Shown piece after piece: positions 11,601 to 22,174 of a stretch of DNA of 64,000 nucleotides; within the stretch, counting starts at the first letter, position 1; every line of letters starts with the position of its first letter. The DNA lies in the NCBI RefSeq assembly GCF_044704955.1, contig NC_091999.1, forward strand, positions 58,280,001 to 58,344,000, read 5' to 3'. The position numbers and the translations under genes are program-made. The DNA comes from Pristiophorus japonicus. Taxonomy: Eukaryota. Below the pieces are notes generated by a model, which did no database searches, was not told where the DNA came from, and saw only the letters and a list, made by a program, of their open reading frames with translations.

Positions 11601-11684
11601 GCTGTACAGTGGCCCTTTTTGTTCTTTGCCTTGGGTTTCTCTGCCCTCCACTTTTCCTCATCTCCTTTCTGTCTTTTGCTTTTG
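8673..11684 (-). mobile_element. Young 5'-truncated CR1, nested in the older CR1
   Basis: Very similar to 4190-7204 on the opposite strand; tail at 8673-8695. Confidence 0.95.
8768..11533 (-). CDS. CR1 ORF2 open reading frame, 921 aa (endonuclease + RT), N-terminus lost by frameshift
   Basis: Uninterrupted ORF with the APE and RT motifs. A 13-nt deletion near 11540 disconnects the upstream LCLNARS motif. Confidence 0.85.
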   Translation of the reverse strand: MDELIVQIDVNKYDVIGITETWLQDDQGWEVNIQGYSTFRKDRIKGKGGGVALLVKEEINAIVRKDISLDDVESIWVELQNTKGQKTLVGVVYRPPNSNRDVGEGIKQEIRGACNKGAAVIMGDFNMHIDWASQTGSNTVEEDFLECIRDGFLDQYVEEPTRGEAILDWVLCNERGLISNLIVRGPLGKSDHNMVEFCIRMENETVISETMVQNLKKGNFEGMRRELARIDWRMILRGLTVDGQWQTFRDRMDEVQQLYIPVWRKNKKGRVAQPWLSREIRDSIKAKEVAYKLARNSSEPGDWEKFRTQQRRTKGLIRTGKMEYEKKLAGNIKADCKSFYRYVKRKRLVKTNVGPLQSESGEVITGSKEMADQLNKYFGSVFTKEDTNNLPDIKGVRGSSKEEELREIFISREIVLGKLMGLKADKSPEPDGLHPRVLKEVAFEIADALTVIFQHSIDSGSVPMEWRVANVTPLFKKGGREKTGNYRPVSLTSVVGKVMESIIKDVIAVHLENGDMIGPSQHGFVKGKSCLTNLLEFFEDVSSKVDKGEPVDVVYLDFQKAFDKVPHKRLMCKVKAHGIGGSVLTWIENWLSDRKQRVGVNGYFSEWQAVTSGVPQGSVLGPQLFTLYINDLDEGIKCSISKFADDTKLGGSVSCEEDAIRLQSDLDRLGEWANAWQMKYNVDKCEVIHFGGKNRETDYYLNGDRLGKGKVQRDLGVMVHQSLKVGMQVQQAVKKANGMLAFIARGFEYRGREVLLQLYRALVRPHLEYCVQFWSPNLRKDILAIEGVQRRFTRLIPGMAGLTYQERLDQLGLYSLEFRRMRGDLIETFKILTGRDRLDAERMFPMLGKSRTRGHSLRIRGKPFRTEMRRNFFTQRVVNLWNSLPQKVVEANSLNIFKRELDEVLTTRGIKGYGEKAGRGY

Positions 11685-13664
11685 GCAATGTGTGAGGAGG
11701 GCACAAAAAACTGCGAAAGGACATAGACAGGCTAAGTGAATGGGTAAGAATTTGGCAGATGGAGTATAATGCTGGGAAGTGGGAGGTCAAGCGCTTTTGC
11801 AGAACAAATCAACGAGCAAGTTCTTATGTAAATGGAGAAAGATTGCAAAGTGCCACAGTTCAGCGGGAAGAGAAGGTGCTGGTGCATGAAAAACAAAACG
11901 ATCGTATGCAGGTACACCAAGTGATCAGGAGGGCCCATGGAATCTTGGCATTTATTGCAAAGGGGATGGAGTATAAAAGCCGGGATGTCTTGCTACAGCT
12001 GTACAGAATATTGGTGAGGCCACATATTGTGTGCAGTTTTGGTTTCCATATTTACGAAAAGATATACTTGCTTGTAGGCAGTTCAGAGAAGCTTCACTAA
12101 GTGGGTGAGTGGGTGACTTCTGAGGAAACGTTGAGTAGATTGGGCCTCTACTCATTGGAATGCAGAAGTATGAGCGGTGATCTTATCGAAACGTATAAGA
12201 GTATGAGAGGGCTTGGCAACGTGGATGCAGAGAAGATGTTTCCACTGATGGGGTGGAGTAAAACTAGAGGGCATGATCTTAGAATAAGGGGCCGCGCATT
12301 TAAAACAGAGATGAGGAGTCATTTCTTCTCTCAGAGTGTTGAAAATCTGTGAAATTCGCTGCCGCAGGGAACTGTGGATACTGGGACATAAAATAAATTC
12401 AAGACATAAATAGTTACTTAAATGATAAAGGGGATGATGGGTTATGGGGAGCAGGCAGGGAAGTGGAGTTGAGTTCATGATCAGATCAGCATTGATCTAT
12501 TGCATGGCGGAGCAGGCTCGAGGGACTGCATGGCCTAATCCTGTACCCATTTCTTATGTTCTTATGTTCTTATTATATCACTTCTTAATAAGTATTTCTT
12601 TCTCAGTGAAAATCCATTCTCCCCTTCACTGCTGTAACCCAGATGTTATTATTGGTTAAATGTGTAATGGTGGCGATGATGGTTATTTTGTTTGAGATGA
12701 TGGTGACGATGAATATGATGACTATTACTATTATTTAATGTTACCATGGAGACACCACGGCACAGTGGAACAGGCAGTTCGTGAAATGATGGTTGAAGAG
12801 GAAAGTATTAACACAAACGCCTGCCACTTGAAAATAATTCCTTCGTGATTTATCTCTATGCAGCGAGAGTAAAACGGCGGATTAATATTAGTTTGTGATT
12901 TCAACTCGTAGTTATAATAAAATTAACTTCAGAAATCATGTCTGTGGTGCCACAATTCACCCTTTGTCTTTCGATGCTACTTCCGTGCCTGTCTCTACCT
13001 TCTCTTCCCCTGTCTCCACTCTTTATCCATAATGCTACGAACTTCCTTCTCTCTCTCTTTAGTAAAACTTTTGCTGCTGCTCGGCATATTATTTCAGGAC
13101 TGCTCTAACCCAGCTTCCCATAAGGAGGAACTGCATCAGGTCAGTGAATATCCCACACTTTCCCCCGAGATCTGAACAATTCACTGAATATCTGTAGATG
13201 GTGTCAGGTCACAATATACATTTTGTGGATCAGATCCCGTGCATTGTGTTAAATTCTGCTTTATTCCAAAAGTTGTGCAAATTGTGGAATGAATTGAAGA
13301 TTAATGTGTGAAATCCGCAAATGGGTTGGGTCGGTACATCGGGCACAATCATCAAAAAAAGACATCAGTCATATCGAACGATGGCTTTGGTTAGTAAACT
13401 GTGGACAGAACACGTGACGAGAAGAGTGTGGCAGATCGAAAACACAACATTAAAATGTGAATCAATGACACACACTGAGATCTGATTTCTGATGCCATTA
13501 ATTATACCAATGGTAGAGATCGATATTAACGGGGCGAACAATAAATCGAATCCGCCTGTAATTTATTTGATTTCTGCGCCATATCCATTTCTAATATGAG
13601 TGAAAGTTGTAAGGACATTTTTTCCGGCCATGCTGATGTTGATCTTTTATTAAAAAGAACCCGG

Positions 13665-13990
13665 CCTACACCTCGCCTTAGGGGTCTGAACCCGCCCTAC
13701 ACCTCATACTGGTGCTCTGCACCAGCTCCACACCTCACCCTTAGGGCACTGAACGCGCCCTACATCTCACCCTGGGGGTCTAAACACGCCATACATCTCA
13801 CCCTGGGGCTATTGGTTCACGTTACACCTACCCTAGCGCTCTGAACACGCCCAACACCTCAGTCTGGTGGTTTGATGCCGTCCAACACCTCACTTCGGGG
13901 GCCGTTAATCTGCCCTGCACCACACCCTGGCGATTTATAGCCGCCCAACATTCATCCTCTGCGTTTGAACCCAGCCTCCAATCACCCTGC
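13665..13990. repeat. Degenerate ~31-bp minisatellite
   Basis: About 10 diverged copies of cctacacctcaccctggggg.tctgaacacgc. Confidence 0.7.
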
Positions 13991-14505
13991 CCTTTTGTAC
14001 AATTTCCCCGCATTCTGCTCCCGTGAACATTAATTAGACGAACGAGAAATTGCTAAAAAGCGCCCCTCCCCCTATAAAACAAAGCCATCAACAATCCTGC
14101 AAATTTCAGTCACAATAACCAGGTAAAGGTTTCATTCCCAGCACTGGTGTTTAAAACCAAACCATTCCCGTATAAGTACACTGAGTGTAGCCCAGCTCGG
14201 AGTGTTGCCGTACACTGGCTGCCAGCTCACCACCTGCGGTCTCACAGCACAACCGAGAGCATCCTGAGACACGACACACGAATATTGAGAGTGGGTATTA
14301 GAATGGGTGTCTTTAAATATACAAACCCCTTTTACAAAGCAGCAGCGACAATGCGATGACTCAGCAGCGGGGTTGCGTGGGACATTTCTGAAAGATAATT
14401 GTGGACAAAACCTATTTAATCTTTTCTATCATTTCTAATATGGGTTGAAACTGAATTGTAATCACAGCCCGGTCTGACCTTTTCCTGTTTGAACAAGTTG
14501 CCCAG

Positions 14506-14809
14506 ATCTGAATAAGGAGACTCTGTCACTCACCAGCTGTCCTCAGGAGTTAAGGCACAGGGTGAAATGGTGATTTAAGCTGTATTATGAAACTGCATGG
14601 AGCTTGTATTATTTATTCTGCTACTGGTAACACCCAGACACACAGCCCACGTTTACACTGAGGCAATATTCGAACGGTGGTGAGAATAATGCAGATTTTG
14701 CTCAAACCCGTTTCTCTGCAGAGCTCCAGACCACGAATAAATTCATCAGCTTAAACATTTCCGGGCTGCACCCTACTGACGCTGGCGTGTATTACAGCGC
14801 CCTGAGACA
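14506..14809 (+). pseudogene. TCR alpha/delta-type V pseudogene 3 (inverted relative to V1/V2)
   Basis: After acceptor CCCAG: GDSVTHQLSSGVKAQGEMVI*(fs)SC(fs)YETAWSLYYLFCYW*HPDTQPTFTLRQYSNGGENNADFAQTRFSAELQTTNKFISLNISGLHPTDAGVYYSALR. Frameshifts, stops, conserved W->C and C->S. Confidence 0.9.
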
Positions 14810-14848
14810 TGCAGAGATGGAAAGCAACATCACCACCGTACAAAAACT
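14810..14848 (+). other. Defective 23-RSS of V pseudogene 3
   Basis: Heptamer position reads TGCAGAG (CAC lost), 23-bp spacer, good nonamer ACAAAAACT (14840-14848). Confidence 0.8.
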
Positions 14849-16371
14849 GCCATTGGCCTGTTCGGCGGAGCTCCTGCCTGTTGGAATCGCGGGCAGATGC
14901 AGCCACAGTGTGCAGCGCGCTGTCAGGCGCTCAGACACACAGAGAATATACCAAATTAACCTCGGATCCAATTGTCAGCCAAATGATTCCAGGAGCGGCC
15001 GAGAAAACAAGTTGCATTATTCAATCGGTCCGAAAATCGACCTGTGAATCGACCACCATCGAATGAACTGACTTCTAAACTGTCCTTTCTGCTTCTGATC
15101 AGCTGTTTTCCCTTGACTTGATGGATGGATGTTCAGATCAGCTCCAGGAGCTCCAAGGTCAGCTTGTCGCTTACTTAATAGGAAAGGTTCTAGTTCCTAT
15201 ATCTGCCTCTGTGGGTGATTTCATCCCGTGTATTCCTTTAAATCTGGATATTTATCGTGTTGTTCTGCTCGTGGAAGGCTCCGGCCCATTACTTTCTTTA
15301 AATTTCACCTAAAGACAGCTGTAACTTTCCAAACTTGAAAACAGTGGTCCTGCAATCACTCAACCGAATGAGGGAGGATATGAAATAGAAAATAGTTGTA
15401 TGTTTCGGGGACTCTGAGGAAAATAAAGATTTTTGTACAATTTGCTCTTCTTACTTTCCGGTCTCTGACTCAATAATATAACATCCATGCTTTGATTAAC
15501 CTGAAATACATCTGACCAAGTGCTATTAGCTCATACGGAGAGCTCTGATTGCCTTATGGGGGCTTGAATAAATTGGCATTCACTGGTTCCTTTAGCTCAC
15601 ATCCTTTCAATGATTTAAGGAGTCGTGAATAACAGAGCTTTCACAATGCAAAGCGGCCAAAAAAGGCTCAATGTGGTCCCCGGGCCGCGGTGCTCTATGG
15701 GAGGACTGTTCGCACATGTGCTACTCGCCAAACGACAAAGCATCTGGGTAGTGTGAAGGGCATTGTGGCTCAAACCTGTCAAACACTTTAATCGTGGCTG
15801 CCTGTATCGTTATTTCTGTCGCCTATTTGCTAGTTTTTATTGAAAAAGTAAAATTGTTTCCTTTGTGGGAATTTAAGTCATGTTTTATTTAAATGGTTGT
15901 AAAGAAACATAAGTTCATGTAATGAGACGTCACAGAAACATAGCTACGTCATACTAACACGGCCGACAGCACATCAAACATATATGGCCAACTGTTTGTC
16001 AGAAACAAATGGTGGAATGTCCGTCAAACAGATGCTTTTGAAAAGTAGGCGGTGTCTCAGTGCTTATTGCAGCACGTTTCATCCGGGCGTAGGAGCGGCT
16101 CACATGCCCAGCCGCCCACAGGAAACTCAGATGCAGCTCTTCCTGCTACTCCAGCTTTAAAGGTGGTTGGAGATTTTTGCAGCTGCAATTCCCTTGCTCA
16201 TTACCAGCTTCTTCAACAGTAACTGCATATCTTGCCAAGAAACCCTCCCCAGAATGTATAATCATAACTATGTTCCTTCCACCTTTCATTTCTCCTGATC
16301 TCTTGGCTATTGTATGGTTTGCTCTGTTAGTTAGTCAATCTTCAATCAATGGTAATATATTACACAACCAG

Positions 16372-17620
16372 GTGAGCTTTTAATTTGTGCAGTAACCACT
16401 TATGTGGTACATTATCGAATGCCTTCTGGAAATCCAAATAAAACACATCTAATGATTATCCTTTATCCACCCTGCTCGTTACCCACTCCAGCAAATTTTT
16501 CAAACGTGATTTCCCTTTCATAAAACCATGCAGACTCTTCTTGATTGGATCCTGCTTTCCAAATGTCCCGCTACTGCTTCCTTAATAATGGACTCCAGCA
16601 TTTTCACAATGACAGATATTTGGCTAACTGGTCTAGTTTCCTAATTTGTAGCTGCCTGATTTTTGAAATAGTCGCATTACATTTGTGGTTTTCCAATCTG
16701 ATGGGACCACCCCAGAATCCAGGGAATTTTGGTAGATTACAACAAATGCATCTACTATCTCTGCAGCCACTTCTCTAAAGATCCTAAGATATAATGCCTC
16801 AGGTCCAGGAGACTTGTCCAACTTTAGTCCCATTATTTTACCTAATACTACTTCATTAGTGATAGTGATTGGATTAAGTTCCTCGCTACCTTTAGCCCCT
16901 TGATTATCCACTATTGGGATGTTTTTGGTGTTTTCTACCGTGAATACCGGTACAAAATATTTGTTTAACGTCTCTGCCATTTCCCTGCGATCCATTATTA
17001 ATTCCCCTTCAAAGAGAATCTATTCTCCTGTTCCTATTCCCAAGCCAAGATAATCTAAACCCTCCGCAACAGCACGATCAACCCCTCTCAATCCCCGCAA
17101 CCCCACCCGACCAACCCGCGTGGATATTGGTCCGGCTCTGTTGAGGTGAAACCCGTTCTGGCTTGCACAGGTCACACCTCCACCAGAAGCGGTTCCAATG
17201 CTTCAGGATTCGAAAGCCCTCCCTCTTGTACTATTTCAATCAGTCACACATCTACCTGCTCTATTCTCCTATTTCCATACTCACTAGCTCTTGACAACTG
17301 GATTAATCTGGAGATTACTAGTTTTGAGGTCTTGCTTTTTAATCTGTCTCCTAGCTCCCTAAATTCTGCCTGCAGAACCTCATCCCTCTTACTACCCATG
17401 ACGTTTGTCCCGATAGGGATCAGGACCTCTGGCTGTTCATCCTCCTCCACCCAGAAAGCCCTGCAACCGTTCGGTGACATCCTTGACCCTAGCACCAGTG
17501 AGGCAACATACCATCCTGGAGTCACAGCTGCGGCCGCAGAACCGACTGTCTGCTTCCCTGACTATTGAAGCCCCAACCACTACAGCTCTTCCATTCTTCT
17601 TCCTCTCCCCTTGCTCTTTA
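16372..17620 (-). mobile_element. Old, internally deleted CR1 (ORF1 esterase remnant 17040-17620; RT remnant 16372-17010)
   Basis: Minus-strand ORF fragments FCGRSCDSRMVCCLTGARVKDV and KSPGPEALYLRIFREVA. Confidence 0.8.
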
Positions 17621-18381
17621 ATAGAACCTGACATTTACTGTGACAGACCATAATGTTAGAGGGACTGCGGTGTCGCTGTGCTGTCAATTGCACTCTGGGA
17701 CTTGACTTACAAAGGCAGAGATAAAGGTGTCTTTATTCTGATGGGACACTGGGTGGCACAGTGGCTCCTTAACCGAAGGGACTTGGATTGAAACAAAACC
17801 AAAACAGGATGTGTAAAAAATATCAGTCAGGGAAATAAAACAAAGTGTAATGGGATATGCAACGGTGCGGATGAGCCTCAGAGAAAGGAATTCAACAACA
17901 TTTCCAACTTAGTCCAATCGCCATTCCAGATTTATTAACAATTTCGCAAAGAACAATTTGTAGAGAAGTTTTTCAAAAATGTAGCACAAAGTGAATATAA
18001 CAGCACATTGAGACCACAACACCGGTGGTCTGAGCTGGCCGGCTATCTGTACAAATGTAACAGGCATCTGGGAGAGAAAATAAGGGATCAACATAAAAGG
18101 AAGGGAATAATTGAGAATTAGGAACTAGAAAAGTGACTTATTTCCCCAAGAAATATTCAAACAACGGTGAAACTCTGAGATATATTTACATTATGGCCAC
18201 GATTATCTCACACATTTCAAACAGAAAGATGGAAATCCCGGTTATGATATTCTCAGCTACAGATTCGGAACTATTAATTGAAGCATTTTACTCTGAGAAT
18301 GACGATGGACATATTTATTTTCAGGACACAGAGTTGTTAATAAACAGAGAGGAAAATCCACGGCATCCGAAATTCAACCGA

Positions 18382-18390
18382 TCAGTTGAC
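18382..18390 (-). pseudogene. IGHM: IgM TM2 exon coding part (V-N-stop)
   Basis: Acceptor TCTTTTACAG|GTC AAC TGA, 138 nt downstream of TM1; gives cytoplasmic tail KVN. Candidate AATAAA at 18319-18314. Confidence 0.75.
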
Positions 18391-18528
18391 CTGTAAAAGA
18401 GGTATTAAAGAGTGAAGTGAAGATCTAGTGGTATGGGGCATTTATCGCAAGGTTTTTATCAATGAAACATCCAGAGATTTGTCAAACCGCTTCAAACAGA
18501 TCGATGTGAATTGATTGAATCTTCTCGC

Positions 18529-18656
18529 TTTCATCAGAGTGACGGCAGCGCTGTAGGAAATTCTCAGGAAGAACAGGATGATGAATTAGGAAGCGGTTGT
18601 CCAGATGTTGTCGCACTCATCCTCATAGTCTTCACTCGAGATGTGGTCTGAGGAAT
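18529..18656 (-). pseudogene. IGHM: IgM transmembrane exon TM1, disabled
   Basis: Acceptor CCCGTAG| then (D)SSDHISSEDYEDECDNIWTTAS*FIILFFLRISYSAAVTLMK, matching the conserved antigen-receptor TM motif (WxTASTFIxLFxLSxFYSxxVT). In-frame TAA; donor reads GCGAGA. Confidence 0.92.
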
Positions 18657-19309
18657 CTACGGGGATGAAGAGATAGAAATATATCGAGATCGCTTATGAA
18701 ACCAAGATATCATGTGATCATATATTCTCTTTTCTTTTCCATGAATTATTATTTTGTTCTCTAATTTAATTGTCAATATATACCTTGTGTTATGTTAATC
18801 ACTCTCGGCCATCTATCTCTGTTCCTACCTCCACAGTCATTCTTCCTTTATGATCCTCATATAGTCCTTGTTGGAAAATATGAATGTTGCCTTCAATTGA
18901 TCTTGCATCAATTTTCTACATTCTACCATTCGGGAATAGTATAATGTAAGATCGAGGGAGGTTTACTGATTGATATCGATAATTTAACGATAGGTTTAGA
19001 TAGCTACTTATTTGGAGACTGTCAAGGAGACAAGGTAAGTGATCAGTTGTGAGTTATAATATTGTTTATTTACTTGTTATTGCTGTGTTCTGAACATAAT
19101 TAACTTGTATCAGTTTCCAACAAGAACATGGATTCAGTGTAGGAATTGAGAAAGTGAGAATTATGTTTTCAGGAATTTTTTATTCAGTGCAATCGTTCCA
19201 TGCTGTGCCTATATAAAAAGTGCATTGAATTCCACATATCTTTATATCCTGATGTGTTTTGTGCGCTTTACTGTTTGCATATGTGTGGATCATGATCTCT
19301 TGTTTTCGT

Positions 19310-19690
19310 TTTCCCTGTGTTTGTGTTTTAATGTTTATGTTAATATGTAACTGTGTGTGTTATATATAATTGTGCGAGTGTTTATGTAAGTGTGTGTATG
19401 TTTATATGTAAGTCTTTGTGTGTTTTTGTATATGTGTATTTACATATATAAGTGTGCGTGTTATGTGTAGCAATGTGCATGTACCTTATGTGTATATGTA
19501 AGCGTTTTTGTATGTTGAGGTCTATGTTTGTGTTTTTATGTGTAACTGTGTGAGTTTGAGTGTAACTGCGTGTGTATCTGTGTGTGTGATTTGTGTATGT
19601 GTGTTTGTGTTGATATGTGTGGTTATGCGTGTGTAAATCTGTGTGTTAATGCGTGTGTTTGTGTACTTTGTGTAAGACTGTGTATGTTTA
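19310..19690. repeat. Degenerate (TG)n/(TGTA)n low-complexity tract
   Basis: Directly visible. Confidence 0.85.
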
Positions 19691-20293
19691 CTCAAAGTTT
19701 CAGAGAGTACCAGTAACCGAGTGTGACAATAACAGTGTGCATTATATTCTGGATACCTATATTATTCTGTGTTAGTATGAAGATTGTTTGTTTATTTGTA
19801 AGTCTGAGTGTGTTTGTATGGAAGTGTGCACTTACACAAAACCACGCAAATTTACACACAACAACGAACACACGTTCACATAAAGACACACACGCACGTT
19901 TACAGGCATTCTCGCCAGCTCTATGTAAAAGTGTTTCCGTGTGAGACGCAATGCGATGTCAGTTGATGGATTTCAACAATTCAACGATGGGCCTCGGATC
20001 TATCTTGGAGATAACCATGAAAAACCTGCAGAGGATTGAATAACTAGTTTACATTTTGACTATTAAAATTCAATCAGTTAGTTTACGAATAACTGATATA
20101 GATTTAGCCAAATACTAGTTAAAGCTAAAATGTTGAACAAAATTTATTATACAATATGATGCATATTCGGCAAGTTTAACGTTTTCTGACAGCGAGTTGA
20201 AATCTATCATTTTACTGGTTGCTACTGAGTTCACAGAATAGAGATCGGTTGACTTCCCCTCTCTGCGGTAGGGACGGGGGCCGGATGGTGGGC

Positions 20294-20545
20294 GTGTGAG
20301 GTACTTTGGGTTAACAATTGTCCTTTCCCATCTCTCTGGTGGTTGAGTTTGAGGTACATTGGGTTAACAATTGTCCTTTCCCCTCTCTCTGGTGGTTGAG
20401 TGTGAGGTACATTGGGTTAACGATTGTCCTTCCCCTATCTCTGCTGGTTGAGTGTGAGGTACATTGGGTTAACAATTGTCCTTTCCGCTCTCTCTGCTGG
20501 CGAGTTGAAGGGACAGTGGGTTAACCATTCCCTGTCCTCTCTTTC
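20294..20545. repeat. 53-bp minisatellite (~4.5 units) in the Cmu4-TM1 intron
   Basis: gaggtacattgggttaacaattgtcctttccc.tctctctggtggttgagtgt; units at 20298, 20351, 20404 and 20456. Confidence 0.9.
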
Positions 20546-20972
20546 TGGTGTGATAATGGGAGGTGCAGTTCATGTACGTGTCTGGCCCTCTTTTCAGTTT
20601 CCAGAAGATGCGAAGCTTCAAAATAAAACTGGCCTCAATTCTGAAGGGATGGACAACATGAGAACCAGGGACGTCAATATCTAAATGGCTGCATTTGTTT
20701 GTCGGAAATGGGAACGTTAAAGATTCCTCCAGTGGGAGGAAATTTGCTGAAGTTACATTGAGGAAACCTGTCACGAAAGAGCTTCACCCTGTCTCCAACC
20801 AGTGGTTTATCTGAGCTGGGAACTTTGGCTGTACAAGCCTTGGACCCGACTCCTGTAAATAGCCTGCTTAAGTTTAGCAGCCTCCCGCGTTCGCAAAAAT
20901 GGGTAGAAAAACAATATTAATTGAGTGGCTATGTATTTAATTCGCAATTGGAAGAAAAGGCCTTTACAGTAT

Positions 20973-20978
20973 TTTATT
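20973..20978 (-). terminator. Polyadenylation signal AATAAA for secretory IgM mRNA
   Basis: AATAAA on the minus strand about 30 nt after the secretory-tail stop at 21007. Confidence 0.75.
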
Positions 20979-21006
20979 TAAGAATTTAAATGCAATCGAG
21001 AGATTC

Positions 21007-21398
21007 TCATTGACAAGAATTCACCGTATCTACCAGCTTTAATGAAATGTTCACAAAAGTCAGTTTACCACTGGACTTATTAACGGTTTTGTTGTTGATC
21101 TTGAAGGGGATCGCTTCATGTCTCATCACACAGGAGTAAGAGGCGCCGCTGGCCCACTCCTCGGCTGCAATGGATAGCAGGCTGTAGATGAAGAAGGAGC
21201 TGCTGCCGTTCTCCGCCATCACCTCGGTGTTCTTGTAGTTGCCGGAATCTATCGGCTTGTCATTGATGGTCCATTTGACGAAGATCTCTTGGGGGGAGAA
21301 ACCTCGCATTAAGCAGTTGAAGGTAAAGAAAGTTTGAACGGAGACTTCTTCTGCCGAGGGCAGGAGGACAGACACGGCCGGTTCCCGCTGATCTTTAG
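21007..21398 (-). pseudogene. IGHM: IgM Cmu4 exon + secretory tailpiece (frame intact, within a disabled gene)
   Basis: Acceptor TTCTGCAG| then [19 protein letters not shown]...[15 protein letters not shown]...[27 protein letters not shown]...[27 protein letters not shown]1-set Cys/Trp/Cys, tailpiece NIS sequon and penultimate Cys present; internal membrane-form donor G|GTAAAC at 21068. Confidence 0.93.
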
Positions 21399-21884
21399 CT
21401 GCAGAACAATTACTTTAAAAGTCAATAAACTGGATAATTCCAGAGACAAAGGAACCGGTGGTTAGATGTGAGAGAAATGTGCTTTGCGCTGATTTTTAAA
21501 GGATTCCCTTTTTCCCCTCTGTGGCCTGTCAGGCTTTGCAGCACGGAGCAGAGGGGGATGCAATCCTTCTCTCTGGGTCCTTTAGGAGTCGGACTGGAAA
21601 ATAACATAGCATTTTCTTCCCAACTGGTCATTATCGTTGTTTATGCTCCAAACGAGCCTCGTCCAGCTAATTTTATCCAACACAAATAAAATATATTTCC
21701 CTTTTTCCCTCATGGACTTATCCAGATTCCACTTAAGTGCATAATTTCGGGTCCAGTCGGATTATCTGGTGGAATTACCATTTCAATTATCAGAGCAATC
21801 CATTAACACACTTAATAGAGCCAATTAGCACATGCACGGAAATAGTCAGAGCGTCTCACTTGTTGCTACAATTTCTCCGCTCAT

Positions 21885-22174
21885 CCTTTTCCTTGTGGAT
21901 GGAATCTCTTATAGTCGCTATAATAATGGTGCCTCATCACGGAGCAGAACTCAACACCGCTTAGCCAGGTTTGTTTCGAGATGTTTATGTTGCTGATCAC
22001 ACTGTTGGGAGCTTCGCCAACTTCGACGGCAATCTTTGATTTCCAAGTTTCCTTTTCTCGAGTCCTGGATACTTTGATTCCATAAGGACCATTAGACACG
22101 ACACAGGATAATGTCTCAAGTAAGACCTGTTCCACTGACGGTTGCAGAAGAGTGATTTCTGCATTGGATATATT
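21885..22174 (-). pseudogene. IGHM: IgM Cmu3 exon, disabled
   Basis: [35 protein letters not shown]...[19 protein letters not shown]...(fs)IRDSIHKEK resembles shark Cmu3. Conserved W->R, small deletion, frameshifts, donor GT->AT (ATGAGC). Confidence 0.88.

Larger units (their letters stand above)
8147..12572 (+). mobile_element. Older CR1 fragment (8147-8672 + 11685-12572) split by a younger CR1
   Basis: RT motifs (NYRPISLTSVVGK) continue across the insert (...gaggaaaa / gcaatgtgtgagg...); ends in a (TATGTTCT)n tail. Confidence 0.85.

Noticed and set aside
12761-12800. Perfect heptamer CACAGTG
   Set aside because: No nonamer at 12 or 23 spacing and no V/D coding flank.
13218-13300. J-type RSS-like ACATTTTGT...CATTGTG
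   Set aside because: Spacer is 15 bp and no FGxG/WGxG or splice donor follows.
14787-15066. 86- and 85-aa ORFs
   Set aside because: Read-through from the end of V3 across its RSS; not independent genes.
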